Positions 1 to 10,028 of a stretch of DNA of 58,495 nucleotides are shown here, in pieces. The first letter of the stretch is position 1. Every line of letters begins with the position of its first letter. Origin of the DNA: Candidatus Nomurabacteria bacterium (GTDB lineage: Bacteria > Patescibacteriota > Minisyncoccia > Phycocordibacterales > UBA9973); the NCBI GenBank assembly GCA_943354905.1, contig CALRDL010000004.1, forward strand, positions 1 to 58,495, given 5' to 3'. The position numbers and the translations under genes are program-made. The notes beneath the pieces were generated by a model. The model saw nothing but the letters and a program-made list of their open reading frames with translations. It was not told where the DNA came from and searched no databases.

Positions 1-77
1 GATAATTTCAAGAGATTCAAAATAATCAGCTAGCATTTTCAGATATTTCGTGTTATAAATTAAGTGTTTTTTAATAT

Positions 78-148
78 TGGGATATCGTCTAATGGTAGGA
101 CAGAGGCCTTTGAAGCCTTTAATTGTGGTTCGAATCCATATATCCCAG
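78..148 (+). tRNA. tRNA-Gln(TTG)
   Basis: Acceptor stem TGGGATA/TATCCCA, D-arm GTCTAATGGTAGGAC, anticodon arm GAGGC-CT-TTG-AA-GCCTT, T-loop GGTTCGAATCC; CCA not encoded. Confidence 0.95.
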
Positions 149-234
149 CTCGAGGAACGAAGGTGACGAAGATACTGGATTTAGTAAAATTCAGTAAAGA
201 ATTTAAAAACGAATGCGAGGGATAGTAATTTTGT

Positions 235-306
235 ATGACTCATTTCATCTATATTCTTGAATGCTCAGATAAAACTTTATATGTAGGTTGTACAGCTAGG
301 TACTGA
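235..306 (+). pseudogene. GIY-YIG nuclease N-terminal remnant
   Basis: Manual translation MTHFIYILECSDKTLYVGCTARY* matches the (F/Y)VYIL-C-D---Y-G-T start of small GIY-YIG nucleases, then stops after 23 aa. Confidence 0.7.
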
Positions 307-339
307 GACCAGTGGGTTGAATGTGCCGAGATAAAAAGA

Positions 340-828
340 TTATTGCGTATATTTGAAGTAACATTTAAAAGCCTCTTTAAAAGGCATACAATATTTATTG
401 GGATGTGAACACAGATCTTTTTTTATTTCTTCCACAGACATTAAGGAAAAACTAGATATTTCATTAGGATCTGGAAAAATTTTCTTCATCTTGCCTATGA
501 AAAGGTGATGTATAGCTCTCTCTTGTTTGTTTACGATATCGAATCGGCCTGCATTTTTTAATGCAGTTACTATTCCAAGTTCTTCTTTTAGCTCTCTTTT
601 TGCCGCAATTATGTAGCTTTCTTTTTGTTCGACATGTCCACCAGCAGAAGAAGTTATTTTATTTGGGTAAGTTTCTTTATTACTTGATCTTTTACATAAC
701 AAAATTTTTCCTTCTTTATTAAGAAGTAGAATATGGACACTTCTTGTAAAAAGTTTCAGCTTTTTCGCTTCTAGCTTTGTTCCAATTTTTATCAACCTAT
801 CTTTTTTATCAACTAAATCGTATTTCAT
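340..828 (-). CDS. NUDIX hydrolase (IPP isomerase-like subfamily)
   Basis: Nudix box GGHVEQKESYIIAAKRELKEELGI; RSVHILLLN and KRSSNKETYP segments. Confidence 0.85.
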   Translation of the reverse strand: MKYDLVDKKDRLIKIGTKLEAKKLKLFTRSVHILLLNKEGKILLCKRSSNKETYPNKITSSAGGHVEQKESYIIAAKRELKEELGIVTALKNAGRFDIVNKQERAIHHLFIGKMKKIFPDPNEISSFSLMSVEEIKKDLCSHPNKYCMPFKEAFKCYFKYTQ

Positions 829-1695
829 TTATTTAATAAGATCTTTTATTTTTTCAGTCACACGTTCAACGCTGTCATTTACAATAAATAAAACATTAAC
901 TCCTTTTTGTATAGATTGAGCGGTTGAATTAAACTCATCTAGCTGTCGTAAATCTAAAGTATTATTTATAGCTAATCTGAAATCACTGCTAGATTTTATA
1001 CATCTATCTGCTAAGCGTGCTGCAAGGTTCGGCAAAACTGGGGAAGGTGGTAGAACATATATTAAAATAAATTCACTACTTTCTTTATCTTTTAAATAAT
1101 CTCGCAAGCTAGTTAAATTTAAAGGATTCTCTTCGATAATAGCTACATTAGTTTTAGTTAAGATTTTTTCTAGATCAGTTTTCTGAATTCCATACTTACC
1201 CCTACCTGGTCTTTCCATATTTATTATAAACCCTCCTTTGGAAAGAATTTCATCAAATTGAATTTCATTTATAAAATTATAATGCTCACCATGACTTTCA
1301 TAAATTCTTCGCTCTCTAGTTGTAGTATTTACAACACTATCAAATCCCAAAGATTTTTTAATAGTTTCTTTACCTACTGCACCTGGGCCAGATATTCCTA
1401 AAATAATTTTTTTTGGTCGCTCTATTAATAATTTAGTTCTTATTTTTTCAAAAGTATCTTTTTCAATCAAACTAGGAATATTATTTAAGTTATTTGCTTG
1501 TACACCCAAACTTTTTGCTACTTGAGGCAGTGCTCTTTGCCATTCTATATAGTGTTGCATAAGAAAATCTATATTACTCTCCACGAGCTCTAAGACTTCT
1601 TTAGAAAAATGTTCTTTCAGGGAATTTAAATTGTTTCTAAATAATGCTTTCAAAGCCGAATTTTCTACATTACCTTCTTGTGTATTATGTATCAT
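829..1695 (-). CDS. guanylate kinase-like P-loop NMP kinase with ~90 aa N-terminal extension
   Basis: GISGPGAVGKET P-loop; NTTTRERRIYESHGEHYNFI resembles the guanylate kinase TTR--R--E--G--Y-F motif. Confidence 0.65.
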   Translation of the reverse strand: MIHNTQEGNVENSALKALFRNNLNSLKEHFSKEVLELVESNIDFLMQHYIEWQRALPQVAKSLGVQANNLNNIPSLIEKDTFEKIRTKLLIERPKKIILGISGPGAVGKETIKKSLGFDSVVNTTTRERRIYESHGEHYNFINEIQFDEILSKGGFIINMERPGRGKYGIQKTDLEKILTKTNVAIIEENPLNLTSLRDYLKDKESSEFILIYVLPPSPVLPNLAARLADRCIKSSSDFRLAINNTLDLRQLDEFNSTAQSIQKGVNVLFIVNDSVERVTEKIKDLIK

Positions 1696-1829
1696 AATGT
1701 GTCTGATTATATCATAAATATCTTATTTATTTTTATATCCAAAAGCTTCCATGTGGCTGATTTTGTATTTTTGGATTAAATGTGTAATATAAGAAGATGA
1801 CATTTACCCATTCCATAAATTCAATACCG

Positions 1830-2087
1830 ATGAGAATTTTGGCTTCTTTGTTGCTTTTATTATCTATCCTCTTTTTTCCTATTTGGGTTTCTATTCCAAT
1901 AGCTGTTGTAAGTATGATTTATTTCAATATTTTTTTAGAAGCTATATTTCTATTTTTACTATCAGATCTATTGTTTGGAGTAAAAGAAGTGAGGTTCTTT
2001 GATATTACATTCATATCTTTTATCTTTTCAGCTATATTTTTATTTTTGTTAGAAATATTTAAAAGGAAACTTAAATTCTATAATTAA
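1830..2087 (+). CDS. small membrane protein upstream of PBP2 (possibly a divergent MreD)
   Basis: Very hydrophobic ORF ending 4 nt before the PBP2 gene; start could be 1797 or 1830. Confidence 0.5.
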   Translation: MRILASLLLLLSILFFPIWVSIPIAVVSMIYFNIFLEAIFLFLLSDLLFGVKEVRFFDITFISFIFSAIFLFLLEIFKRKLKFYN

Positions 2088-2091
2088 AAAT

Positions 2092-3813
2092 ATGATTGTA
2101 AGATTTTTTAAAAAAAATAAAAAAAGAATAATTTCTGATGTCAATCCAGATGAGATATTTCTTGATTCTACAAATTTGGAAAATTTTGATACTCAACAAT
2201 TCGAAGGTCGAATAGAAAAACCCATCTCCGACAAGACTACTTTGATTTTAGGAAGTTTTTTTGTTTGTGTTATTATTATATTCGGTTTTCGTCTTTTATA
2301 TTTACAAATACAAAATGGTGAAGAATACAAGCTTCGAGCTGAGAATAATACTTTAGAGAAAGTTACTATATTTACTGAAAGAGGTATTATTTATGATAGA
2401 AATAAAGTGGAATTAGCCTGGAATAAGAAAACGAACATAGGAGTAGAGTCTACTCAAGAAATATCAGGACCAGTGATCCGTACATATATGTCTCCTGGAT
2501 TCTCTCATGTTTTAGGGTATGTCAGTTATCCCAAAAAAGATGCTGGAGAAAATTATTGGCAATATGAATTCAAAGGCATTGATGGACTTGAAAAAACATA
2601 CAACGACGCAATAAAAGGAGAGAATGGATCTAAAATCATAGAAGTAGATGCTAGAGGGACCATTCATTCAGAAAATATTATAAATGCACCAGCGAGAGGT
2701 GAGGGTTTAGTCACTAGTCTTGATTCAAGAATCCAACAACAATTATTTACTATAATAAAAGATACCTCGACAAAAAATTCGTTTGCTGGAGGAGCAGGAG
2801 TTGTTATGGATGCCACGAATGGAGAAGTCATAGCTTCTACAAGTTTCCCTGAATATGATTCTGAGATTCTGTCTCTAGGTAAAGATAAGGAAATCATAAA
2901 AAGTTACATAACTGATAAAAGAAAATTTTTTATGGACAGAACAATCTCGGGACTTTATACTCCGGGTTCCATAGTTAAACCATTTTTTGCTCTTGGTGCT
3001 TTGATAGAAGGAGTTATCGACCCATTAAAAGAAATTCTTTCTACTGGTTCTATATCTATCCAAAATCCATATGACAAAACTAAAAAGACAGTTTTTAACG
3101 ACTGGAAAGCCCATGGCTGGACAAATATGGCTGAATCTATTGCTGTATCAAGTGATGTGTATTTTTATACCATAGGTGGTGGATTTGAAAATCAAAAGGG
3201 AATAGGGATCTTGAATTTAGAAAAATATGCTCGAATGTTTGGCATTGGAAAAATGACTGGGGTTGATTTACCTGATGAAAAGTCTGGAACAATACCAAAT
3301 CCAGAATGGAAAGCTAAGAATTTTAATGGAGAAATATGGCGAGTTGGAGATACCTATAATACTTCTATCGGACAATATGGTTTCCAGGTGACCCCAATGG
3401 AGATGACTCGTGCAGTCGGAGCTATCGCAAACCTCGGCACACTAATGACTCCCCATTTTATTTTGAATGATAAAAATGCAGAAAATAAAGTAGAGAAAAT
3501 GGAAATAAAAAAAGAATATTACGATGTCGTGTATGAAGGTATGCGGGGGACTGTAACTTATGGCACTGCTACTCTTTTAAATGTACCTTATGTAGAAGTG
3601 GCAGCAAAAACTGGGACGGCGCAAATAGGAGTAGCTAAAGATAGAGTAAATTCTTGGGTTATAGGATTTTTCCCTTATGAAAATCCGAAATATGCTTTTA
3701 CTATAATGATGGAATCTGGACCTTCGAATGGTACAGTAAACGCAGCCAGTGTCATGCGACAACTCTTGGATTGGATGTATTGGAATACTCCGGAATATTT
3801 TTTAGCGAGTTAA
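2092..3813 (+). CDS. mrdA: penicillin-binding protein 2 (class B transpeptidase)
   Basis: TM anchor, RGIIYDRN, PGSIVKP (SxxK), SSDVYFY (SxD), KTGTAQ. Confidence 0.9.
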   Translation: MIVRFFKKNKKRIISDVNPDEIFLDSTNLENFDTQQFEGRIEKPISDKTTLILGSFFVCVIIIFGFRLLYLQIQNGEEYKLRAENNTLEKVTIFTERGIIYDRNKVELAWNKKTNIGVESTQEISGPVIRTYMSPGFSHVLGYVSYPKKDAGENYWQYEFKGIDGLEKTYNDAIKGENGSKIIEVDARGTIHSENIINAPARGEGLVTSLDSRIQQQLFTIIKDTSTKNSFAGGAGVVMDATNGEVIASTSFPEYDSEILSLGKDKEIIKSYITDKRKFFMDRTISGLYTPGSIVKPFFALGALIEGVIDPLKEILSTGSISIQNPYDKTKKTVFNDWKAHGWTNMAESIAVSSDVYFYTIGGGFENQKGIGILNLEKYARMFGIGKMTGVDLPDEKSGTIPNPEWKAKNFNGEIWRVGDTYNTSIGQYGFQVTPMEMTRAVGAIANLGTLMTPHFILNDKNAENKVEKMEIKKEYYDVVYEGMRGTVTYGTATLLNVPYVEVAAKTGTAQIGVAKDRVNSWVIGFFPYENPKYAFTIMMESGPSNGTVNAASVMRQLLDWMYWNTPEYFLAS

Positions 3814-4305
3814 ACAATATGAGGCACTACCAGAAATAGCTGCTTCAAGATGATTTGGCGCACACACTGTATATCGGCTTAAACTATATTCTATAGTATA
3901 TTTAGTATCTACTGCTGTGCCATTACTAGGGTCCATTGGAAGAGTAGAAGGTATATAAGTAGGTACAAGACAAGAGAGGTTAACATTTGTTGCTGTTGTT
4001 CCAATGTTTTTTACAGTGCTGTTTGGAATATTGTTTATACCAGAACAGTTTGTCGCATCAAGAGGTAACCCTTTATTATCTACAAGATGTTGTCCAATAG
4101 CATTCAAAATTGTACTTACATTAGATTCTCGTTGAGTATTACGAGCCTGAGCAAACTGACGTGCTGGGTTGATAGCAATTATCACAATTCCGGCTAAAAC
4201 TGCAATGATACCTATAACCACCAAGATTTCAATAAGAGTGAAACCTTTATTTTTACTTACATTTCTAAAATTTTTTATTTTTTTATAATAAAACATTGTA
4301 TTCAA
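3802..4305 (-). CDS. type IV pilin (major pilin-like)
   Basis: KG/FTLIEILVVIGII prepilin cleavage motif; Cys pair near the C-terminus. Confidence 0.9.
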   Translation of the reverse strand: MNTMFYYKKIKNFRNVSKNKGFTLIEILVVIGIIAVLAGIVIIAINPARQFAQARNTQRESNVSTILNAIGQHLVDNKGLPLDATNCSGINNIPNSTVKNIGTTATNVNLSCLVPTYIPSTLPMDPSNGTAVDTKYTIEYSLSRYTVCAPNHLEAAISGSASYCLTR

Positions 4306-4382
4306 CTTATTTCTAATATATTAAAAATAATACTGCATAAAATAAATTTTGTAAAGATTAAAAAGGTCACTGTAGAAAATGT

Positions 4383-4778
4383 TTAAATTTCTTCCCATTT
4401 TATAATAGATGCCGAAGACACAGCTACGATTATTTGTAAATTTGTATAAGAATTGTTATAGATCGCATGTAAAACAAAAGTCCTGTTTGGAGTAGTCGCA
4501 CTCGTGGTATCAATCACACAAGTATCGGTTCCAGAAACTATAACAGGAGAACCTCCTCCGATATAAGTAACATCATTTATTATTTTCAATAAGACTATAT
4601 CCGCGCAAGATTCAGCAATAGCGGAACTTCGTTCCTTCATTTCATAATCAAAAATATTAAATCGGCTATAGAAACCATCAAAACTGGTAGAAGTAACCAC
4701 TAATAATAAAATTACTGAGATTAAAATCACCGAGATCAGAGCAATAAAACCTAAATTTTTATTTTTAAGATTGATCAT
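4383..4778 (-). CDS. minor pilin, PilX/GspK-like
   Basis: G/FIALIS leader lacking E5, hydrophobic helix, AESC motif; position in pilus cluster. Confidence 0.65.
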   Translation of the reverse strand: MINLKNKNLGFIALISVILISVILLLVVTSTSFDGFYSRFNIFDYEMKERSSAIAESCADIVLLKIINDVTYIGGGSPVIVSGTDTCVIDTTSATTPNRTFVLHAIYNNSYTNLQIIVAVSSASIIKWEEI

Positions 4779-5260
4779 TTGCGTATGTATTTAGTAATAC
4801 TAAAAGGAAAGTCGACTCCATCTTTAGTAATAATAAAAGATGCAGTTATCCCAAATGGTCCTGAACCAAAAGGAGATATGTATTGGAAATTTAAACTAGA
4901 AGTTTTTACCATAACATTATCTGTATTTAAAGGAAGAAAAACATTTGGTCCTAAGCTTTCTTTCATTTCTATTTTTGTTCCAGTGAGTTTAATATTTATT
5001 TGATTGCCATCATATTTTGTAGCTGTGAGAGTGGGGGAAGATACAGAAGAAGGTGTGATACTGGCAGTAGGATTCACATTTGAAAGTGCCCATCCTAATT
5101 TTCTCATAATAAAAAGTCCTTCATCTTGGGTGGTATTTTTTACATTTAATTTATTTGATCCATCGAAAAGTTGGTAGGCGGTAATAAAAGAACCTCCTAT
5201 TAAGGTGGAGAATAGAGCGATGTATATTATAACTTCTACTAGAGTAAAGCCTTTTTTCAT
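4775..5260 (-). CDS. minor pilin (PilW/GspJ-like)
   Basis: MKKG/FTLVEVIIYI prepilin motif. Confidence 0.8.
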   Translation of the reverse strand: MKKGFTLVEVIIYIALFSTLIGGSFITAYQLFDGSNKLNVKNTTQDEGLFIMRKLGWALSNVNPTASITPSSVSSPTLTATKYDGNQINIKLTGTKIEMKESLGPNVFLPLNTDNVMVKTSSLNFQYISPFGSGPFGITASFIITKDGVDFPFSITKYIRK

Positions 5261-5261
5261 A

Positions 5262-6866
5262 TTAATTTGATGTAATTACTGATATGTAACCTTTATTGTC
5301 AGAGTTTTTTGATCCAACATATATATAATTTTTTTCACAATCAGTAGCTGTCCCTTGAAGTCCAACCCCACTTCCAGGAGGAAGAATGAGAGGAGTTGCA
5401 TACTGACTGATGTTATTTGGATTACTAATATTCCATGTTTGGAATTGACCATTCGAAGTGATAAAAAAAGTTAAAAAGTCTTTAATTATAATTCCATTAA
5501 TACTACTTGATGAATTTATACCTCCTATTTCTGGTAAAATAATATTTGGATTTGAATTATTTAAAATATGAAAGTCGTTTCCCGCATTGGGTACAGTTTT
5601 TCCGAGGTATAGTTTATTTCCAACCAAAATAATACTTTTTCCGTTTCCAGAGCCAGAAGACGCATTAAAATTACCAGCTGGGCTTGGATTTGATAAATCT
5701 GTAATATTAAAAATCTTTAGTTCTTGGGTATTTGGTGAAATAATGTAAGCATAATTATTTCTTACAAAAATACTATTAATTCCATTTCCTATTTCAATAT
5801 TTGATAAAATAACTGGATTAGTGGGGGTTCCAACACCACTACCACCAACATCTATGATGAAAAATTCTTTACCGTTAGTTGCATTTGCTAAACCTAAATA
5901 AACTATCCCGTCTTTGTAGAATAAACTATTTCCGTTTACTAATTTATTTCCACTTGTAAAACTAGAAATTTTAAAATTCCTAGCGATAAAAGGGTTGTTT
6001 GGATTACTAACATCAATCACTTGTAATTGAGCGCAATTATGATTTTCAACACAAGTACTAGGAGAACTATCGTAAGCATTAGCCACATAGACATATTGTT
6101 TACCATCTACAGCTAAAGCATTTATACCTTCACTTATAGTGCCTGGACTATTGTCGAGCTTACCCAAGACATCACTTAGAGTTAATATCGGATCTGTAAT
6201 ATCTAAAATAAAAAAAGTTTCATCATTATTTCCAGCAACATTATTAACAGCAATATACATTTTCTGATCAAAAGTTTGTATTGCTTTTATTGGAAAATCA
6301 CTCGAAGTATCATTTAATACATCTTTACCAAATTCATAAGAAGTGATCTCTGGATTGGTCCAATCTCCAGTCAAAACAGAACTACAAGTATCTCCGCCAC
6401 TGACTGCTTCTTTATTTGTTAAGAGAGTGCTAAATATTGTATCTAAAGTTCTTCCAGCTGTTTGCCAAGTAACTTTGCTAGTCACTCTTTTAGTCCATAG
6501 ATCTAGAGTAGGATCTGTGTCCGAAGTCACTACATTTAAATTTTTTATGAACACTAAAGAGTTATTTGTCTCGGTGGTGGTAGATGAATTAACTAAATTA
6601 AAATCAAACCGCGAATCAGCTCGAGCTTTTTCCAACATTTCTTGTGCCTTGGTGATGGCTTCGTTCTTTATCTGTGAATCTATGGCAATAGATTGATTAC
6701 CAAAATTAACTATAATAACAGCAGAAATACACAAAATAAATATAGTAAAAGCTATCAGTATTTCGAGTGTGGCTATACCTCCCATAAGAACTCGCGGTCG
6801 TATTTTAGGATCTACTTCTAACGGGACAAGTCTATTTAATCTTTTACCAATTAATTCTGCCTGCAT
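5262..6866 (-). CDS. minor pilin fused to LVIVD-repeat beta-propeller-like domain
   Basis: G/IATLEILIA pilin-like N-terminus; repeats LQVIDVSNP, FFIIDV, LKIFNITD, FQTWNISNP. Confidence 0.65.
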   Translation of the reverse strand: MQAELIGKRLNRLVPLEVDPKIRPRVLMGGIATLEILIAFTIFILCISAVIIVNFGNQSIAIDSQIKNEAITKAQEMLEKARADSRFDFNLVNSSTTTETNNSLVFIKNLNVVTSDTDPTLDLWTKRVTSKVTWQTAGRTLDTIFSTLLTNKEAVSGGDTCSSVLTGDWTNPEITSYEFGKDVLNDTSSDFPIKAIQTFDQKMYIAVNNVAGNNDETFFILDITDPILTLSDVLGKLDNSPGTISEGINALAVDGKQYVYVANAYDSSPSTCVENHNCAQLQVIDVSNPNNPFIARNFKISSFTSGNKLVNGNSLFYKDGIVYLGLANATNGKEFFIIDVGGSGVGTPTNPVILSNIEIGNGINSIFVRNNYAYIISPNTQELKIFNITDLSNPSPAGNFNASSGSGNGKSIILVGNKLYLGKTVPNAGNDFHILNNSNPNIILPEIGGINSSSSINGIIIKDFLTFFITSNGQFQTWNISNPNNISQYATPLILPPGSGVGLQGTATDCEKNYIYVGSKNSDNKGYISVITSN

Positions 6867-7335
6867 TGTTTATTTTTATATTAGCTGTTTTAATTCCATC
6901 TTGGATATTTATAATTATTTCATTAGTCGCAGGACTGAGTTCTGGTGTTAGATTACCAGTAAGTTGTTTAAAAATAACAGTGGGAAATGAAGTTGTAAAA
7001 ACTGATACTGTAGCAATATTTAATTCAGCAGGAATAATTTCGCTAGTAGATGCTGTTGGGTTGCAAGTATTACCTCTAAAAATAATGTAATTATTTAAAG
7101 TAGAATCATAGCAAACCCCATGATTCACTTGAAACATATTAGCCATAGCTCGACTGCGAGCTTTTTCTAAAATAGAAACAATTTTTGTTTGTTCAGATCT
7201 GAATATATCCCCCTTAAAAAAATTCAGATCTGTGAGAGTACCAAAACTTATGACCATTCCTATTATCCCCACCACGATTATTATTTCGATCAAGGTAAAT
7301 CCTTTATCTTTGTTGCAAATGTTGAGTGATTCCAT
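6844..7335 (-). CDS. minor pilin (FimT/GspH-like)
   Basis: KG/FTLIEIIIVVGII, ARSRA, C-terminal IKINNAGRI; ATG at 7335 preferred to 7365. Confidence 0.8.
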   Translation of the reverse strand: MESLNICNKDKGFTLIEIIIVVGIIGMVISFGTLTDLNFFKGDIFRSEQTKIVSILEKARSRAMANMFQVNHGVCYDSTLNNYIIFRGNTCNPTASTSEIIPAELNIATVSVFTTSFPTVIFKQLTGNLTPELSPATNEIIINIQDGIKTANIKINNAGRINW

Positions 7336-8452
7336 ATATTGGAGTGATGATAGATATAGCCACAAAGCCGACCAGAAGTCCCATTATTATCATAAGCAAG
7401 GGCTCGATAGAACTAGAGAGATTTTTAGTTAAATCATCAAATTCATTTTCGTAATATTCAGAAAGATAAATGAGTGTATTTGATAAGTTGCCACTTTTTT
7501 CTCCTATGGCTATCATCTGCTCCAACATATCCGGAAATACAATCGATTTTCTAGATATGCTATCGGATATAGTCTTACCTTTCATAACCCCATTAGAAAT
7601 ATCTTCGAAAGCTTTTTTATATTGTAAATTCTCAGTAGTATCTATGGTTATAGCTAGGGATTCATTTAAAGATATACCACTCTCAAGCAATAGACCTAAG
7701 GTTCTAGTAGTATTCGTAAGGTTATAATGTCTTACCACATTTCCAATGAAAGGCAATCTCAGAATCAATTTATGAAAAGTTAATCTAACTCTTGGGATTT
7801 TTTTATTTAACACATAGACAATGATTGTTAATATGAGAAACCCAAAGAAAATATGAATTCCGTAATCTCTAATTACCTCGCTTAAAAAAATCAGGATCTT
7901 AGTAGACAGTGGCAATTGCGCATTTAGACTTTTAAATATTGGAAGTATTTTAGGGAAAATATAGACGATCAAAAGTCCAGTGATTCCGAAAGTTGCTATA
8001 GTTATAATGATAGGGTAGAGCAAGGCACTCATTATTTTTTTTCGCAAAATTTCTTTTTTATTTAATTCATCAGCTAGGTAATTCAAATTTTGCATCAATG
8101 TTCCGCTCGACTCTCCAGCTTTTATAATATTTATAGCGAAATTACCAAATACTCCCTTGAAACGACTGAGACTAGTAGCCAAAGATTGACCATTTGCTAT
8201 ATCGGAAGTCACTTTATTTAAAACTTTAATTTCTGATTTAGATTTTGTTTGTTTTATGAGAACATGAATACTTTCCAGCATGGGCACACCAGCTTTGATT
8301 AAAAAAGAAAGTCTTTTTGCAAAAAATGTTTGCTTTTTAATAGAAAACTTAGAATAAGAAAAAAGGCTGATGTTTGAGATATTGCTTAAATTTATTTTCC
8401 CGATATTTTTGACTTTCTCTTTAAATTTAAAAAAAATAATATATTTATTCAA
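7304..8452 (-). CDS. pilC: type IV pilus platform protein PilC/GspF
   Basis: Two GspF domains: IKAGESSGTL, ALLYP, IAIGEKSGNL, IEP. Confidence 0.92.
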   Translation of the reverse strand: MNKYIIFFKFKEKVKNIGKINLSNISNISLFSYSKFSIKKQTFFAKRLSFLIKAGVPMLESIHVLIKQTKSKSEIKVLNKVTSDIANGQSLATSLSRFKGVFGNFAINIIKAGESSGTLMQNLNYLADELNKKEILRKKIMSALLYPIIITIATFGITGLLIVYIFPKILPIFKSLNAQLPLSTKILIFLSEVIRDYGIHIFFGFLILTIIVYVLNKKIPRVRLTFHKLILRLPFIGNVVRHYNLTNTTRTLGLLLESGISLNESLAITIDTTENLQYKKAFEDISNGVMKGKTISDSISRKSIVFPDMLEQMIAIGEKSGNLSNTLIYLSEYYENEFDDLTKNLSSSIEPLLMIIMGLLVGFVAISIITPIYGITQHLQQR

Positions 8453-8455
8453 TAT

Positions 8456-9709
8456 TTATTCATGGGTAACTCTCAAAACTTCTTCTATTGTAGTTAAACC
8501 TAAGATTACTTTTTTGAAACCATCCTGAAGCATAGTCACCATACCATTTTTCATTGCAATTTTTTTTATCTCACTCGATGATGCTTTAGATAAAATAGCG
8601 GTGCGTATCTCTTCATCCGCCACCAAGACTTCAGCGATAACCAACCTCCCTTTATATCCCGTGCCATTACAAGATTCACAACCTCTACCTTTAAAATAAT
8701 TTCGATTTTCTAAAAGTATTGTATCAGATATTGTTTCGAGTAATCTCTTGTGTTCTTCTTCAGTGATTACTTTTTCTTCTTTGCATTCATTACAAATCTT
8801 ACGCACCAAACGTTGCCCGATGGCGATCGACACAGTGGAGGCTACAAGAAATGGCTCGATCTTCATATCCAGAAGTCTAGGTAGTGTGGTGGAAACATCA
8901 TTGGTATGGAGAGTAGAAAGTAAAAGGTGTCCGGTCAAAGCTATATTCACGGCTATACTTGCTGTTTCTGTGTCTCGAATTTCTCCAACCATAATAATAT
9001 TCGGGTCTTGGCGAAGTATAGAACGAAGTCCATTGGCAAAGGTAAGTCCAGTCCGAGGGTTGACTTGTATTTGTTCCACATTTTCTACCGCATATTCAAT
9101 AGGATCTTCTATCGTAATTATAGATATATCTTTTGAATTTAAAATTTTAATGAGAGTATAGAGCGTGGTAGTTTTTCCTGAACCAGTTGGTCCTGTTACT
9201 AATATCATTCCAGAAGGTTTTCTTATAGCGTTCAAAATCTTCTTTTGATCAGTTCCAGTAAAACCAAGTGCATTTAATGTAAAATTTTCTGAGTTATCAG
9301 AAAGTAGACGCAAGACAGCATTCTCTCCATGATAAGTAGGCACGATAGATACACGCACGTCGACACTACTCGTATTATTTTCAGAATCAGAAATAATACT
9401 TCGAAAACGTCCGTCTTGGGCGGCATTGTGTTCATCGGTGCGAAGTTGAGATAAAACTTTTATGCGTGAAATTATTTCCCCGTGAATTTCTTTTGGTAGG
9501 GAATGGGCATCTTCGAGCACTCCATCGATTCGAAACCTGACCCTGACTATCTTGTCTTGAGGATCGATATGAATATCCGAAGCGTGTATAAGCGAAGCAT
9601 ATCGTAAAAGATGGTCAATCAAATTAATAATCGAAAGATTATTTCCAGCCGATAATTCTTTTTCGATAGTTTTGTTAAACTCCTCCATGAAAATTTTATT
9701 AAAATCCAA
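8456..9709 (-). CDS. pilB: pilus assembly ATPase PilB/GspE (short form without N1 domain)
   Basis: ASDIHIDP, GPTGSGKTTT, TIEDPIE, LRQDPNIIMVGEIRD, STLH, tetracysteine motif. Confidence 0.92.
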   Translation of the reverse strand: MDFNKIFMEEFNKTIEKELSAGNNLSIINLIDHLLRYASLIHASDIHIDPQDKIVRVRFRIDGVLEDAHSLPKEIHGEIISRIKVLSQLRTDEHNAAQDGRFRSIISDSENNTSSVDVRVSIVPTYHGENAVLRLLSDNSENFTLNALGFTGTDQKKILNAIRKPSGMILVTGPTGSGKTTTLYTLIKILNSKDISIITIEDPIEYAVENVEQIQVNPRTGLTFANGLRSILRQDPNIIMVGEIRDTETASIAVNIALTGHLLLSTLHTNDVSTTLPRLLDMKIEPFLVASTVSIAIGQRLVRKICNECKEEKVITEEEHKRLLETISDTILLENRNYFKGRGCESCNGTGYKGRLVIAEVLVADEEIRTAILSKASSSEIKKIAMKNGMVTMLQDGFKKVILGLTTIEEVLRVTHE

Positions 9710-9783
9710 ATAAAATGTCTACACATAATACCACGATATCGATAGTATTGCATATTAACCCATTTCTGCGGTATACTGTATGT

Positions 9784-10017
9784 ATGCGTAAAGTACGAAT
9801 ACTTTTATTTTTGGGTCTCTGGGTGGCAATCTTGCCGTACCTTGGATTTCCTTATTCTTGGAAAGATATTATAATGACCATCTCTGGTGTATGTCTGATT
9901 GTACTCAGTTATCTTCTTTATCGTGAATCATTAAACAATAAGAATAAAGAGGAGATCTTTGAGAATTTTTCTGAAAATAATATTTTTGAAGAAAGTAAGG
10001 AAGAAGAAATAGAATAA
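9784..10017 (+). CDS. small two-TM hypothetical protein
   Basis: MRKVRILLFLGLWVAILPYLGFP; TATACT 6 nt upstream supports start at 9784. Confidence 0.6.
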   Translation: MRKVRILLFLGLWVAILPYLGFPYSWKDIIMTISGVCLIVLSYLLYRESLNNKNKEEIFENFSENNIFEESKEEEIE

Positions 10018-10028
10018 TAAATTTCATC

